From positions 438,781 through 502,780 of the forward strand of contig CBFFRP010000150.1 in assembly GCA_965644295.1 (NCBI GenBank): a stretch of 64,000 bases of DNA, in the 5' to 3' direction. This document shows positions 24,134-36,115 of the stretch, piece after piece. The notes beneath the pieces are model-generated. The model was not told the DNA's origin. It did no database searches and saw only the letters and a list, made by a program, of their open reading frames with translations. This DNA comes from Paraphysomonas bandaiensis (Eukaryota > Protista > Chrysophyceae). Numbering within the stretch: the first letter of the stretch is position 1; every line of letters begins with the position of its first letter. The position numbers and the translations under genes were made by a program.

Positions 24134-24245
24134 TATGTATGTATGTATGTATGTATGTATGTATGTATGTATGTATGTATGTATGTATGTATGTATGTAT
24201 GTATGTATGTATGTATGTATGTATGTATGTATGTATGTATGTATG
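24134..24245 (+). repeat. (TATG)28 microsatellite abutting the right TIR
   Basis: Pure TATG units start at the TA target site. Confidence 0.97.
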
Positions 24246-24337
24246 CATATTAATGTATTTTTCAATTAGCATTATATTGTCGTGTACTGGGTGGTTAGTT
24301 GTTTACGTTCGATCGACCAACATATTTGCGATAAAGA

Positions 24338-24873
24338 ATGTCTGACGACGGCGACTACGAGGATAACCACGACAGGCGAAGCCGCAACAAGGGGAGGAGG
24401 AAAGGCAGAGGCCATGCGCACATGGATGACGAGGATAGGTACAAGGGCCGTGGCGGTGTATTTGAAACAATTGAACAGGAATCTACTGATGGACCAGCAC
24501 AATGTACGTATTTTCTTTATGCATCTGATGTACTTATGTTATCCGCTTATAGCAATTGAGGGATGGATTGTGTTTGTGTCGAATGTTCATGAGGAAGCCC
24601 AAGAAGATGATATACTGGATAAGTTCTCTGAATATGGTGATGTGAAGAATATTCATGTCAATCTTGATAGACGAACTGGTTTTGTTAAGGTTATCTCTTT
24701 CATTGTAAATTTAATATTATCTTCACTCCATGAATCTGTAGGGGTATGCGTTGGTGGAATTCGAGTCGCGAGACGACGCTGCGGAAGCAATAGACAAGAT
24801 GAATGGTCAGGAATTACTGGGGCAAACAGTTACTGTTGATTGGGCGTTTGTAGCACGGCCAAATAAGCGTTAG
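24338..24873 (+). CDS. RBM8A: RNA-binding protein 8A / Y14 (exon junction complex), 3 exons
   Basis: KGRGH..GPAQ|..[45 protein letters not shown]|[15 protein letters not shown]; stop TAG at 24871-24873. Confidence 0.96.
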
Positions 24874-25062
24874 AGAGGTAGAACGATTTGTCATTGCCCT
24901 GGTATTCTTTCTCTGTGCCTGCGGTATCGCTAGTACAACTCGTCTACAAATGATTGATAATAACGCTATGTTGCATTAGTTATTTCGTCCATCTACTTCA
25001 TTATTACGGTTTAGCTGCGACGAGAGGTCACTAGAATCTCGTAGATTTTGATATATAGCAAC

Positions 25063-25500
25063 CAGGGCTGCGTATCAATTAATTGTCAATTATTTGACGC
25101 AGGTTGTAGTCAATTATAATTGCAATTATTACTTGCTGTCTCAATTTCAACTATTGCAATTAACTGCAATTAATTGCAATTATTTAGTAGTAAAATACAC
25201 TAGCTGCGAATATAGCTACCTCAACTGTCATTTCATTCCAGAGGCAACGATTCATGCGTAAAAACATAATTCTTAGCACTAAATGCTAAGGAGTCAAGCT
25301 CTTGAGCAGGCCCGTCATAACAATCGTAGCTCAACTGAACAACCTTATTGGTTGTGCTATGCAAGTGTTTCATTCGTAACGAGTTTGCTGGTTAAGTCTT
25401 GCTCGCTTCCGCTGCCTGCTACCATCAAACAAACGTTGCGCTGCGTCGTCATTCGGAGCTAGACTCGCACCGTCATAATCTTCTTCTTCCTCATCGAACA
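25063..25500 (-). pseudogene. hAT transposon 3' end with a decayed C-terminal dimerisation domain
   Basis: Minus strand reads DEEEE..RKRARL..RLFS*ATIVMT..SLTP..IMFLRMNRCLW; terminus CAGGGCTGCGTATCAATT with CAATT repeats. Confidence 0.7.
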
Positions 25501-26519
25501 AATATATTTTAGTTTGATCCTTTGCCGTCCGAGTTACGGCTTCGTTGCCGAGTTACGGCTATTAGCAACTTACACACCAAATGATTGGAAGCATAGCAGA
25601 CTAGAAAAGGCAGGGATGCATAACAATTAAATTGCAAAAGTTTTTGAGCACTTTTATTGCCATTATTAGTTAAAATTTGCTTAATTATAATTGCATTTTA
25701 ATTGCCAATTATTGTCTACTTAAACTAGCTACTCATTACAAAAAAAAACATGTATAGCATCTTTAACTCTTCAACAACTGAACTCAACAACTGCACTTGC
25801 ATTCCACAGAAGTCTATTAAAGGGCAAGAACATAAGGGCCTCCAATCGATGAGGTGCCATGGATTTTCGCAGATTATTCATGTTTTTGCGAAAACCTTTC
25901 TACGCAATTAGTGTGCTTCAAGCAGAGGTTAGTTGGTTTGGTCTTGCGGTCGTGTGTAAAGATAGCTCACACCTACGCCAGAGAGTGCTCAATGCAGCAT
26001 TGACATGGGACAAATCTTTCAGTATAGGGAGAAACCGGGCAAAAATCAAACAACGTCTTGACCTGCCCAAAGCTGCATAAACTGACTGTGGCTTTCGACT
26101 AGACTCACTCAAACACATGTGTCTAGACTGCACAAATGAAACCATCACCCAAATACGGGAGACTGCCTTTCACAGCCACAAAAACGCGCTTCAAGAGGTA
26201 CTGAGAGGTCAGGGTCAACCCCACTGAACCATCAATGCGCTACAGCGGCTTTCCAGCAGGGCCTGTAGCCCCTCTTTCCCACTCACTCATACCCACTCAC
26301 TCTTTCCCACGAACCCACCACTCATACCCACAGGAACATATCACCGTCCCGCACGTAACCCTCAGGTCCTCGACAACGACGCCGTCTCCGGCAACTCTAC
26401 CTATGCCTGAGGCCCAAACGGTGCACTGAGACAACGCCACATTCAACCTCTCCACCCACCTCTCAACATACACATCTAGCACTTGGAACACTCAGGACCT
26501 TAATACAGAACCCTGTACC

Positions 26520-26780
26520 TCAGAGTCCGGTGGAACTTCACCCCAAGGGGAGACCCCCTGGTAACACGCGCCAGTGAGTCCTGGGACACACGATCATGGC
26601 AAACCTCACAATCAACATTAAGAAGAACGGAAGTGGTCGCACCTTGGTGCTTGCGGCGACGCACAAGGAGCTTCTGTAGCATTAAATAGTAGGATAATAG
26701 AGTTTGTGCTGATTAGTTATGGGTAGAGGTTTAAATAGTCTATCTAGCATTCAACTAGCCACTACATTTGTGCAGATTGG
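26520..26780 (+). mobile_element. Interspersed repeat, subfamily B (may extend 5' to about 26100), nested in the hAT remnant
   Basis: Core GCACCTTGGTGCTTGCGGCGACGCACAA at about 26639; upstream matches the reverse complement of 7335-7430. Confidence 0.75.
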
Positions 26781-26965
26781 TGTCTTGTTCAGTTTTTTCC
26801 TCTTCTTCATCAGTTCTGTCCAACACAAAACGTTCAAGCTGCGCCTTCTCAGGTCGATTGATAGTGTCCTCCAATCCGTTTAGGACATTCACAACAGCAT
26901 TTTTGAAGGTCTCCGCATTTTTATTTCATAATTATGTCCGCATCCGCACCCAGGTGGTGGATAGT
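26780..26965 (-). pseudogene. hAT transposase fragment (upstream part of 25063-25500)
   Basis: HHLGADADII..FKNAVVNVLNGLE..EKAQLERFV..DEEEE. Confidence 0.6.
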
Positions 26966-28077
26966 AATAGGGAATTTCTGAATTAAGGTATTGAATAAAA
27001 AGCACACTGTTCGGCCTGTTCGGCGACAAAATTGCACTTTGCTGAGGGTAATATTCCACATCACTTTATATAATAGGTTAAAACAACTAGTTAAAACAAG
27101 GCAATATCTAATATATATTTATATCTGTTGTACCACTCTCGAAATGATGGAGTTCAAACACCTCGAGTTTTAAAAATTTGAGATCGGTTATGTACCTTCA
27201 ATCAAAATATCTGTTAATTTGATGTACCCCAGCCACAGAGGGTCCTAAGGGAACAGCATCTGTACCAAATACCAAACCACATGCAGCATGCAGTATAGAA
27301 TATCTGATTATTACATGAGAACGGTAGGGTACAGATACTAGTATTATAACTATATGCTGACTAAACTGGGCTTGCTATGATGTACTACTAGTGGCGGGCA
27401 AGAGCATGCAGTATCATATGTAGCAAATGAACTCTCCAGTAAAATAATTGAAGTATTGTTGCGAAGTCCTGGTTTTCAGGTAGATCAATTGCACTCACAT
27501 TTTTCTGATCTTCTACATCAAACGAAGAATGGAATACAATTTGCAGTGTTTAAAATGATCTGTTTTTGAAAGTTGGCTCGTCATTATGCTTTCCGCAAAA
27601 TATATATAATATAGTCACGTTCAATGACTGCCAATGTCAGAATAGGTAAATGTCTTGTTTTTCCCAGTGCTAATATGAGCGTTCTGTTGAGCCCAATTCA
27701 GGTAGAAACGCACATTATTTGTTACATCACAGTCAAGGAAATTTCCTTGTGTGCAGCTCACAGTCATGATGCCTACGTGTGCTGGCAAGATGTAGAGGTA
27801 AGAAAATATGCACATCTGATTGTAGTTGCTAACACAAATTAAAGCATTCATATGATTTTATGTGACCAAATAATTAATTATGAAGCGAAATGAAGTAGCT
27901 TCTACGGCCAATCATTAGCATGGTTCACAAACCAATATAACATCAAAGGGAATTGTGATATCACGGAGAAGGGAATACTGTGCAAATAATGTGCCCATTC
28001 GGCCTCGACACTGTATGTAATAAGATAAATGCTCTTCCGGTTGCTGCTCCCCCCTTACTATCAAAATGCTAGATTAT

Positions 28078-29584
28078 TTAGATGAAACTATCCTCGTAGT
28101 TATCGTAGTCTTCCGCCTCGTCATCGTCGTCGTCATCCATCATCGCATTGTCCATCTCTGCAGCGATTTCCATCTCCGTAAAGTCCACCCTCCAGCGCAA
28201 TAGGCCACCAATTCCACCAAAACCTTTACAAAACTGTGAGCCCTCCTGAGATCTATCAGTCACGAACTCGAGGTTGGCACCGAATTTTTTGTACTCATTG
28301 GCAAGCCACTCTACAAGGGAGAGTTTATCGATAATCTCTAGTTCAACTCCCGTGACCGGGTCATGGAAATGTACGTCATTTTGTTCCTGTTCAGGGGTTA
28401 GGTGTAAAACCTTTTCTTCCTGGGTACTCGTGTTACGGACTGTCAATCGATTCACCGACAAGTTCTCCCAAACTATCAAGGTTTCAACTGCACTCATCTC
28501 TAGCGCCTGCAGGGTGTCAGAAACCATGAAGCAGTACTTCCCTGTGTCCTGATTAATTTCATCAAAGTACTTCTGAAGAAGTTTCTTCTCCTGTACCAAC
28601 TTGACATTGGCAAGGGACTCGGCTGACAACTCGATCGCCTGATTAAACCCTGGGTCCATGCCGTACGAAACATCCACTGTCTTTATCACTGCTCGTGCTA
28701 ACCGAGGATCAAAGTGATCCGAATTTAGCAGATCAGTCTTGAAATCAGCCGATCCCGCCATTACCAACCCCGTAACATTGACCTTGTTGTCTGAGAGGAA
28801 AAGCTGTACCGCTAATTCAGCACATTTACGTACGTAATTGTGCCTTTTCTCCATACGCAAACGAGCGAAACGCAACGCTGACTGACCACCACGTCCGTGT
28901 TTTTTTGGAAGCTCTACTGTGAATTTGTGAAGTACATCACGGGTGTTTCCCTGAAGGGTTCCAAACAAACAGCCGTTACCGTCCATAACGATGAAGCCGA
29001 ACTTATCGTCATCTTCAAGAAGCTCGTTAAGTGCCTATTCATGTGTCACAACAGTTTTTAAATTCCCAACAAACTATATTACCTCAGTATGAAATTTGTT
29101 GTCACATAAGTATAAAGATGTATTAATAGGTCTGAATGGCTCAAAATCGATGTTTACTCTCTTTTCCTTGCCATCATCTGTCAGAATCGTTCCACAGTAT
29201 AAAACGAGACCATTAGGAGGAACCCGATTATACAGTTTAAGCTTTTGCTGAGTAGATGTAATCGCACCAAGCACAGACAACCTATTCACACGAGACTTAA
29301 TATTGGATGCGGTTCCGTACTCGTTGGCAAGCATTGTACTAATCCGCGATATCTAACACAGTGAACACGTTACTATATGAAAATATGTCTAATGAATCAT
29401 ACCTGATCTCGTGGGGGGATGATGAGTGATATCATACTCGTGCCGTTCCTAATTTATATTAGCTCAGCATAATAATGACCACGTTCACTTACCCTCTAGC
29501 AGCTTGCAAGCTCTTAATGAGCTTCTTGACTTTCCACATCTCCACCTGTCTGTCCTGGTCATCATCTCCATCCTTAGCTGACAT
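28078..29584 (-). CDS. ETF1: Eukaryotic peptide chain release factor subunit 1, 4 exons
   Basis: [49 protein letters not shown]. Confidence 0.97.
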
Positions 29585-30253
29585 ATTATACTCGTATTTG
29601 TTTTATAATACAATGAATATGAATGAATAAGTTGATCTATACGCTATTTCTATATATAAACCCCTCTAATCGTCAAGGTGAAGGCAGTGCAGTGGAATAT
29701 ACACTCCACTCCACAGGTGGGCAGCATTCCCCTGCTGTTCTATACGGATTGGCAGGTACTTACATCAATGGCTCAAAATCAATCGTGGGATTAGTAATAC
29801 CGTATTACATGCGTATTCCAGTATACTGTATATGACCCCCTACAGTGTATGTTCACAAGGAAGAATGGATGCATTTTATTGGCTGATTATGTTCTGTTTG
29901 TAGTCCACCATCTGCATTGATACATACATATACGTACCAGAGTACAGCCAGTCTATGTATAGTATAGAGCAGTATAGTATGTGTTGTACCTATACGGTAT
30001 ACTGCTGTACTGTACTGCTGTACTGTATGTATGACAGGAAGGGTTCCATTATGATGTGGCAGAGAGTTCACTCCATTCCAATCTGGGACTCTGCATGGCA
30101 CAGCGAATCACTGGAACCGATAAGAACATTAATTCTGGTATTCCTGTGACTATCAGTCTCTTATTAACTGTATATAAATGAGACAGACTCATAGCATTAC
30201 TTGTTATTAATTGATTACGGTATATATATATCTACGCTGGATATATCTGCGCC

Positions 30254-33200
30254 ATGGATCTTATTCGCGTCAATAGCAATATGGATACTACCTCATCTGA
30301 TCTAGGATCATACGATACATTTGAGTGCACGGGATCAGGCTCGAATCGATCGTGTTCCTTCACGACAGAAAGCTTAAATGATTACATGGAGGTATATACA
30401 TCTCATCATGCTTTTAGTTATGTATATTGTAACAGTCTTGTCTAATCAGGGTGTTGCTTTCTATGGAATTTTGAATATAATAGCTCTAGTTGTTCTTGTA
30501 CTATTTGTATTTGGTTATTTTGTTTACTTTGTGGTGATACTGGTCTTGAAAAGGAAGGCGGGACGGGATGAGAAACACCGACACGATAGTTCCCCACTGC
30601 TTAAAACATCCCAGACTACCAAATCTCGTCTACGCACCATTCGCACAGGAATGCTGATTTTCTCCTTGTGCAGTATTTTTACGCTTTTTATGCTCAACAC
30701 ATTTCTGGGAAACTATGGTCTGTCTGAAGGCAGTTATACTGTGGTGGAAGCTGGAGATGGAGCTCAGCACGTAATTGAAGGTATGGAAGCCTCTACCACC
30801 GGATTCACTCAACGGACTGGCTACTCTGTTATTTCTCCGTTTCTTGCTACATCAAACTACACCATTAACGAAGCAACAGATTTGCCCAGATCTCTTGGGA
30901 GCTTCAAGCGCATCAACGAGACTTTACCGGATTTACCAGATGCGACTGCATTCCTATCACATGTCATCCACATCCTGCATCGTGCGGACAACATAACCCA
31001 GTACACAGTGAGTGTGATGTCGAAGACTCACACCTTTTTGTGGCTGGAGAAACGTGTGTATTCTTTACACTCTGATCTACAGTCTGATATAAATGATCAC
31101 TTAGACCCCTTACTGCAGCGCATGTATTCAACTCTCGACTCTATAAACAACACTTATACAGAGTTTCGACAACAGGTGGTGGCGTTAGTGGGTGATGGTC
31201 ACACTGGAGGTTCAATTCGGAAAGCTCATACTGCATTGGCGGACGTTCAGCGAGCACCTGAGGGTTCACTTCCCAGTGTCAGAACTTTCAAGGATGCAGC
31301 ATCCGGTTCATACGGGACAGTGTCACGCATGCAGGCGGGTAAAATGGATGGCGAGCCAGAGGAGGTGGAGTTGTTAACGGGTCGATTAACAGCAATCCAT
31401 CGCAATATTAGTAGATTGCCAGATATGGCTGCCCTCGCCGAAAGTGTGTTGGAGATAAATGCGACAGTAGCGGATATACGAAGCCGGGACGGTCTATTGA
31501 ATCGTTTGCGAGAAACGGTGCGCAATTTCCAGCAACAGATAGCCAATATTCCGCCGATATCAGTAGTATCTGATCGCGTAGACGACATCCTCGATATTAT
31601 TCATGTTATACTAGAACAGGCCGACGACGTAGTTACTATATTAAAGGATTACTTACAACTCTTTAACGGAGTTCCCGACGACATCGAGAAGCTGGCTGGA
31701 TTTCTGGACGAATTGGGTACTGCAAAGCGCTTGCTCCCCCACATAGGAGTTATCGTCTCACAATTGGATGGAATAAATCATACTATTATGGAGTTGCCTG
31801 GTGGTCTTGCACACGTTTCGAACAACTTCGTTAAATTCAATAAGAGCGCCACGACACTGCTGGATGACAGGTATGGCACGGTTGCGAAACTTAACGAACT
31901 CAATTCCACCTGTGCGCGGTACTTGAGTGTGGGAAATGCCTCCATAGCTCCTATGACTGATGCTCTACAGGATCTAAATGATACCATTCATGACTATGAC
32001 CTACGGGAAATTGTTTCGCAGTTAAATGATACTGTGAATAGTCTCAGATCTATTAGATTCAATCAGACTCTGCAATTCATTGATGCCGTAGATGACAAAC
32101 TGTCCGCTATGGACTTGTCAGAAGACACAATAGACTGGTTATATTATTGTCACGACAAGATCCAGCTGGTGTCGAGATATTTGGGCCGTACTGTGGACCC
32201 CACTGAAGGTGGCAAGTCGGGGAACTCAGCCGGGGATTATATACTTCTCTCGCAGGGGTACTGTGACAACGACGACAGTGTGTATTGCAAGGACGACAAT
32301 GATTGTACCGGGGACGGAGTCTGTACACGGAAAGGCAAGTATCGGTGTGCTAAGGAAGGGAAAAAGTCCTGTACCTCGGACACACAATGCCAAAGATATT
32401 GCTTGGCAGACTCTGTAGTTTCCACAAATATTTTGGGAGGTCTTCAGGCATTTACCACATCGAAATCAAGTATCGATATGGGACCAGTTTTGGAACCCCT
32501 TGAAACAGTCATGGAGATAGGAGACATGGACTTCCAAACACAGGAAGACAGGTTTCATCGAGCTCACGACTATGTGTACAGCATTAATACTACAAGTTTA
32601 AAACAAGCTTTGCATCGCATCAAGGATTTAATGGATAAAATAAATATCACTGAACAAGTTCAATATATTGAGGATGCAAGGGAAGAAATATCGGAGGCTG
32701 ATATTCCGTCCTATATCGATGTGCTGGAAAAGTACCGTTCTCGGACGGGAGAAATGAAAGACAGAGTAGCTGATATTCTAGCTGATGCAATTAAAAAATT
32801 TGAGGCACTCAATTTTTTCCTTTTTTCAAACTCACAGCTATCTCAAAGGATTAGAAGCTTGTCCCGCTCTTCGTTAGCGACCAAGCTGAAGGCCTCGGGG
32901 CCTTATGACATGATAGTCTATATGGCACAACAAATGGATTACATGTCACTGTACTTTCACAACTCGGAGGCAGACTTCGCTGTTCCACTCAGTAATTATT
33001 CCGATATGATACCTGGACAGGTACATCTCTTGGACAAGGCCGGTTCGTATGAAGGATCAGGCTACTACGAAAATAATAAACACGGATCATTATTCTACCT
33101 GATGAAACTTTTCAAACCCGCTACATTGGTTGACGTTGATAACCCACTTGCGCGGGGTGTATTTGTGGATTCCCATGGCGATACTTATGCCAACAACACC

Positions 33201-34832
33201 TATTGTCTCTCCTCGAGCTGCATTGAGCACACTGTGAACGTGTTAAACTCTGAGCCCTTGAGTAATTGGAACACCGAGCTTCCAGTGTATGTGTCTGCTG
33301 CAGATGGGCCTGTGCTTAGTGACACCAGTAGAGAAACACTACTATTGCTGCTGTGGATACCCGTGCTATGTTTGCTTCCGATAGGAGGTACGTTGGCAGT
33401 TGTGGGATATGCCCCTAAAGTTAGCAGGCTAGCAAAGCTCCGGTTGTCGCGTTGCTTTACTGGTTGCGTGTCTTGTCATATACCTGTTATTCTTATTCTG
33501 ACAGCTATTGTATTCCCCCTGGTAGTTATGGTAAACGATACGTGTTCGACCTGGTCTGGAGTTGGTGACACGTATATCACGACTTACGGCGACGATTTTT
33601 GTAGCAATCAGTTTTCAGGTGTTGGAACTTTGAGAGATTGTAGGTTCAATGTCTCTGTACCACAAGTAGCCGGAGGAGGTGATATCTCTGTTTCATTGGA
33701 TATTTTGGCAATGTATCGAGGAATATTTTCGCACGACTGCGATTCGAATCCAGATGCCGTTGCAAATGTTGTGCGGTCCCTTGCAGTTCAGGTTCAAGAC
33801 ATTCCTACAAATGCAGCTAACGAGTTTATATCGACCACCCTAAGTGATTATACACTTCGGCCAGGCTCGATGACTGTAATAAACTCGACAACTGAAAATA
33901 CGGGTGCTGCACTGAAATCTTTTTTAATGGCATCCAGTGCAAATAGCTTGAATTGTGAAGCTCTATCCAGTGTTATAAGCGATGTTGAGTATGTGACTTG
34001 CGACTCTATTGTGGAGCCTATTCTGTGGATAGTTGGTACATGGTATCTCTGCGCGTGGGTATTAGTATGTTGCGCTCTCCCTGCTGGGTGTGGATATTCC
34101 TGGGAGTATAGTACAAAGCAGAAGTGGGCTGCCAGGAAGACTTCGAGAGCGGCGGACTCGGATTCGAGTCACTCTGATATGGATGATACGCGTAGTAGTG
34201 GCTCTCAAGTCGGAAGTGATTCGTCTTCTGTTTCAAATGAGCGGACTCGATCTGATGCTGGTGTACTATCGAGAATTAGTAAAAATTATCGATCGCTCTC
34301 AGAAGTAATACTTGGTTGTGAGTATGCTGTGATGAGAGGTCACAATGAAGAGGCCTGTTCTGATAACAAGGAGGTAGAGATGGCACAATACGATACGGAT
34401 GAAGAAGGGACCATGTTAGGAAGTGGAACAGATATATCAAGTAACACTGATGGAGATAATGATAATGGGTTGTTGTCTCGATTGAGCACCAAATTGCATG
34501 GAGTCGTTGGGTTATTGAGTGGGGATGTTTCGGCTATGCTTGGCCGCTCCATGTCACATGACAATGAGAGTCGGGGCTCAGAAGTTAATGCAGATGAAAC
34601 AACACAAAGTAACAATGGTTTTGACAATTCTGATGAGTGTGTCTCCGTGGATAACGGGAGACTGTCTCGTTTGAGCAGTAGGCTAAAGGGGGTTGCGAAT
34701 ATGTTTAGAGGAGATTATACTGATTTTAACGATGATGATGATGATAATGTCGTTACACACCAGGAATGGGTTGATCCCGTATCAGACAGAGGACAACAGA
34801 GGGATCATCATACGCTTGATAGTAAAGTCTAG
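30254..34832 (+). CDS. Large 5-TM glycoprotein with prominin/tweety-like topology, 2 exons
   Basis: Intron at about 30392-30449; TM1-TM2, about 870-aa N-glycosylated helical ectodomain, TM3-TM4 ending VNDTC, second Cys-containing loop, TM5, acidic tail. Confidence 0.7.
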
Positions 34833-35331
34833 TCGTTTTCATATAGAAAAATGATTATTGGCTGGCAGCAGCTAATATTTTGTGGTCAGTATACAATGTA
34901 TAACCAATTTCGTGTATCATTCAGAATTAGTAGCAATGTACCGTGCTACTCTCAAATAATTTGATATTTTTGTGTTGAATCATTGCGCATGACTTGATTA
35001 TACCTGATTGCACGAGAGAAAGCTTATATTTACATGCAGACTTTCTCAGTGCTCGGTATATATGTATATATCCGTAATCAATCATTACTTTTGTTCTCTT
35101 CCCATAAAGATAAGAACATTGAACATATCTAGTTTGGTTGCAGATGTTATTATCGTTCCTATTATGTACAGCTCCCGAGCTAGGTAGTTACTATAAACCA
35201 TCATGGAAGAACAACAGTTGTTTTGATATATTACGTTTTTGCACTACTTAGTGAAAGAAGCATTGGTGTATGTGTGTGTGTCGTACCGTAACGTCAATGG
35301 AATTGTAACCATAGTAATGTTGACTACGTAT

Positions 35332-35632
35332 ACCTCAACAAAGTCAACTCGCACTTTTTCGTGGTGTTCTGGGTTCTGGGGGATAAGTACCGGAGATATT
35401 TCTGCATATATAATGAGCAGATGAGCAGATAATTTCTGCCTAATAGCCGAATAATTGTGTGGTACAAGGTACATGGGACACTAATATAAGTGTCACTTGT
35501 GTAGACTGATGACTGACGAATAAACATGCACCTGTGATCTGTGACAGGGCCCACCTCAAGGACATCCGGGGTATTGGGCTGTCTGCTGAAGTTAAGCATC
35601 CGGGCTGTTCACCTTCTTAAGGACTCAAAAAT
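35332..35632 (+). mobile_element. Interspersed repeat, subfamily A, partial and diverged
   Basis: Matches 6630-6962 (ttcgtggtgttctggg..gtggtacaaggtacat..gggtattgggctg..ggactcaaaaa); lacks the shared tail. Confidence 0.8.
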
Positions 35633-36115
35633 CTTGAAATCAGCAGATGTCAGGTATATCAACTAATCATAAGACATGCACTACTACTACGACTACATCA
35701 TATCATTTTAATGTGACACAAGTAATATGACCTTGTACTAAAATGTTTTAATTTTCCTTCGTTACTACGTGTTATAAAAATCTTTTTTTTATTGAAACGA
35801 CTATAGAGGAAAGTCAGGAAGTTCATTGTACATGCTCAAGCGTGTTGAAAACTAAGCGCTCTTCCATTTTCTAGTAGGGGTAACAAGTGTGTTTTGTGCT
35901 CTAACCATTCAAAAACCAAAATTGCAGGAATGAGCGAACATGCATATTGCCGTGAAATGAGCTTGCTACATCACTATTATAGCCTAGGAGGTATAGCGGT
36001 TGTCGGAGGAAGTGTGCGTCCTTTAAGTCTCAAAATTAATTAGTATAGTTAAGGCTACGTACGATCGTACAATCAACATTACGAACCTGAAATCAATACA
36101 ATCATACACAGTACT

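Noticed and set aside
28078-29584. eRF1 changes suggesting a variant genetic code
   Set aside because: The GTS, TASNIKS and YLCDNKF motifs are canonical, and genes here end in TAA, TAG and TGA.
15798-29584. SNIP1, RBM8A and eRF1 as a functional mRNA-surveillance cluster
   Set aside because: They are interleaved with unrelated genes, with no evidence beyond chance proximity.
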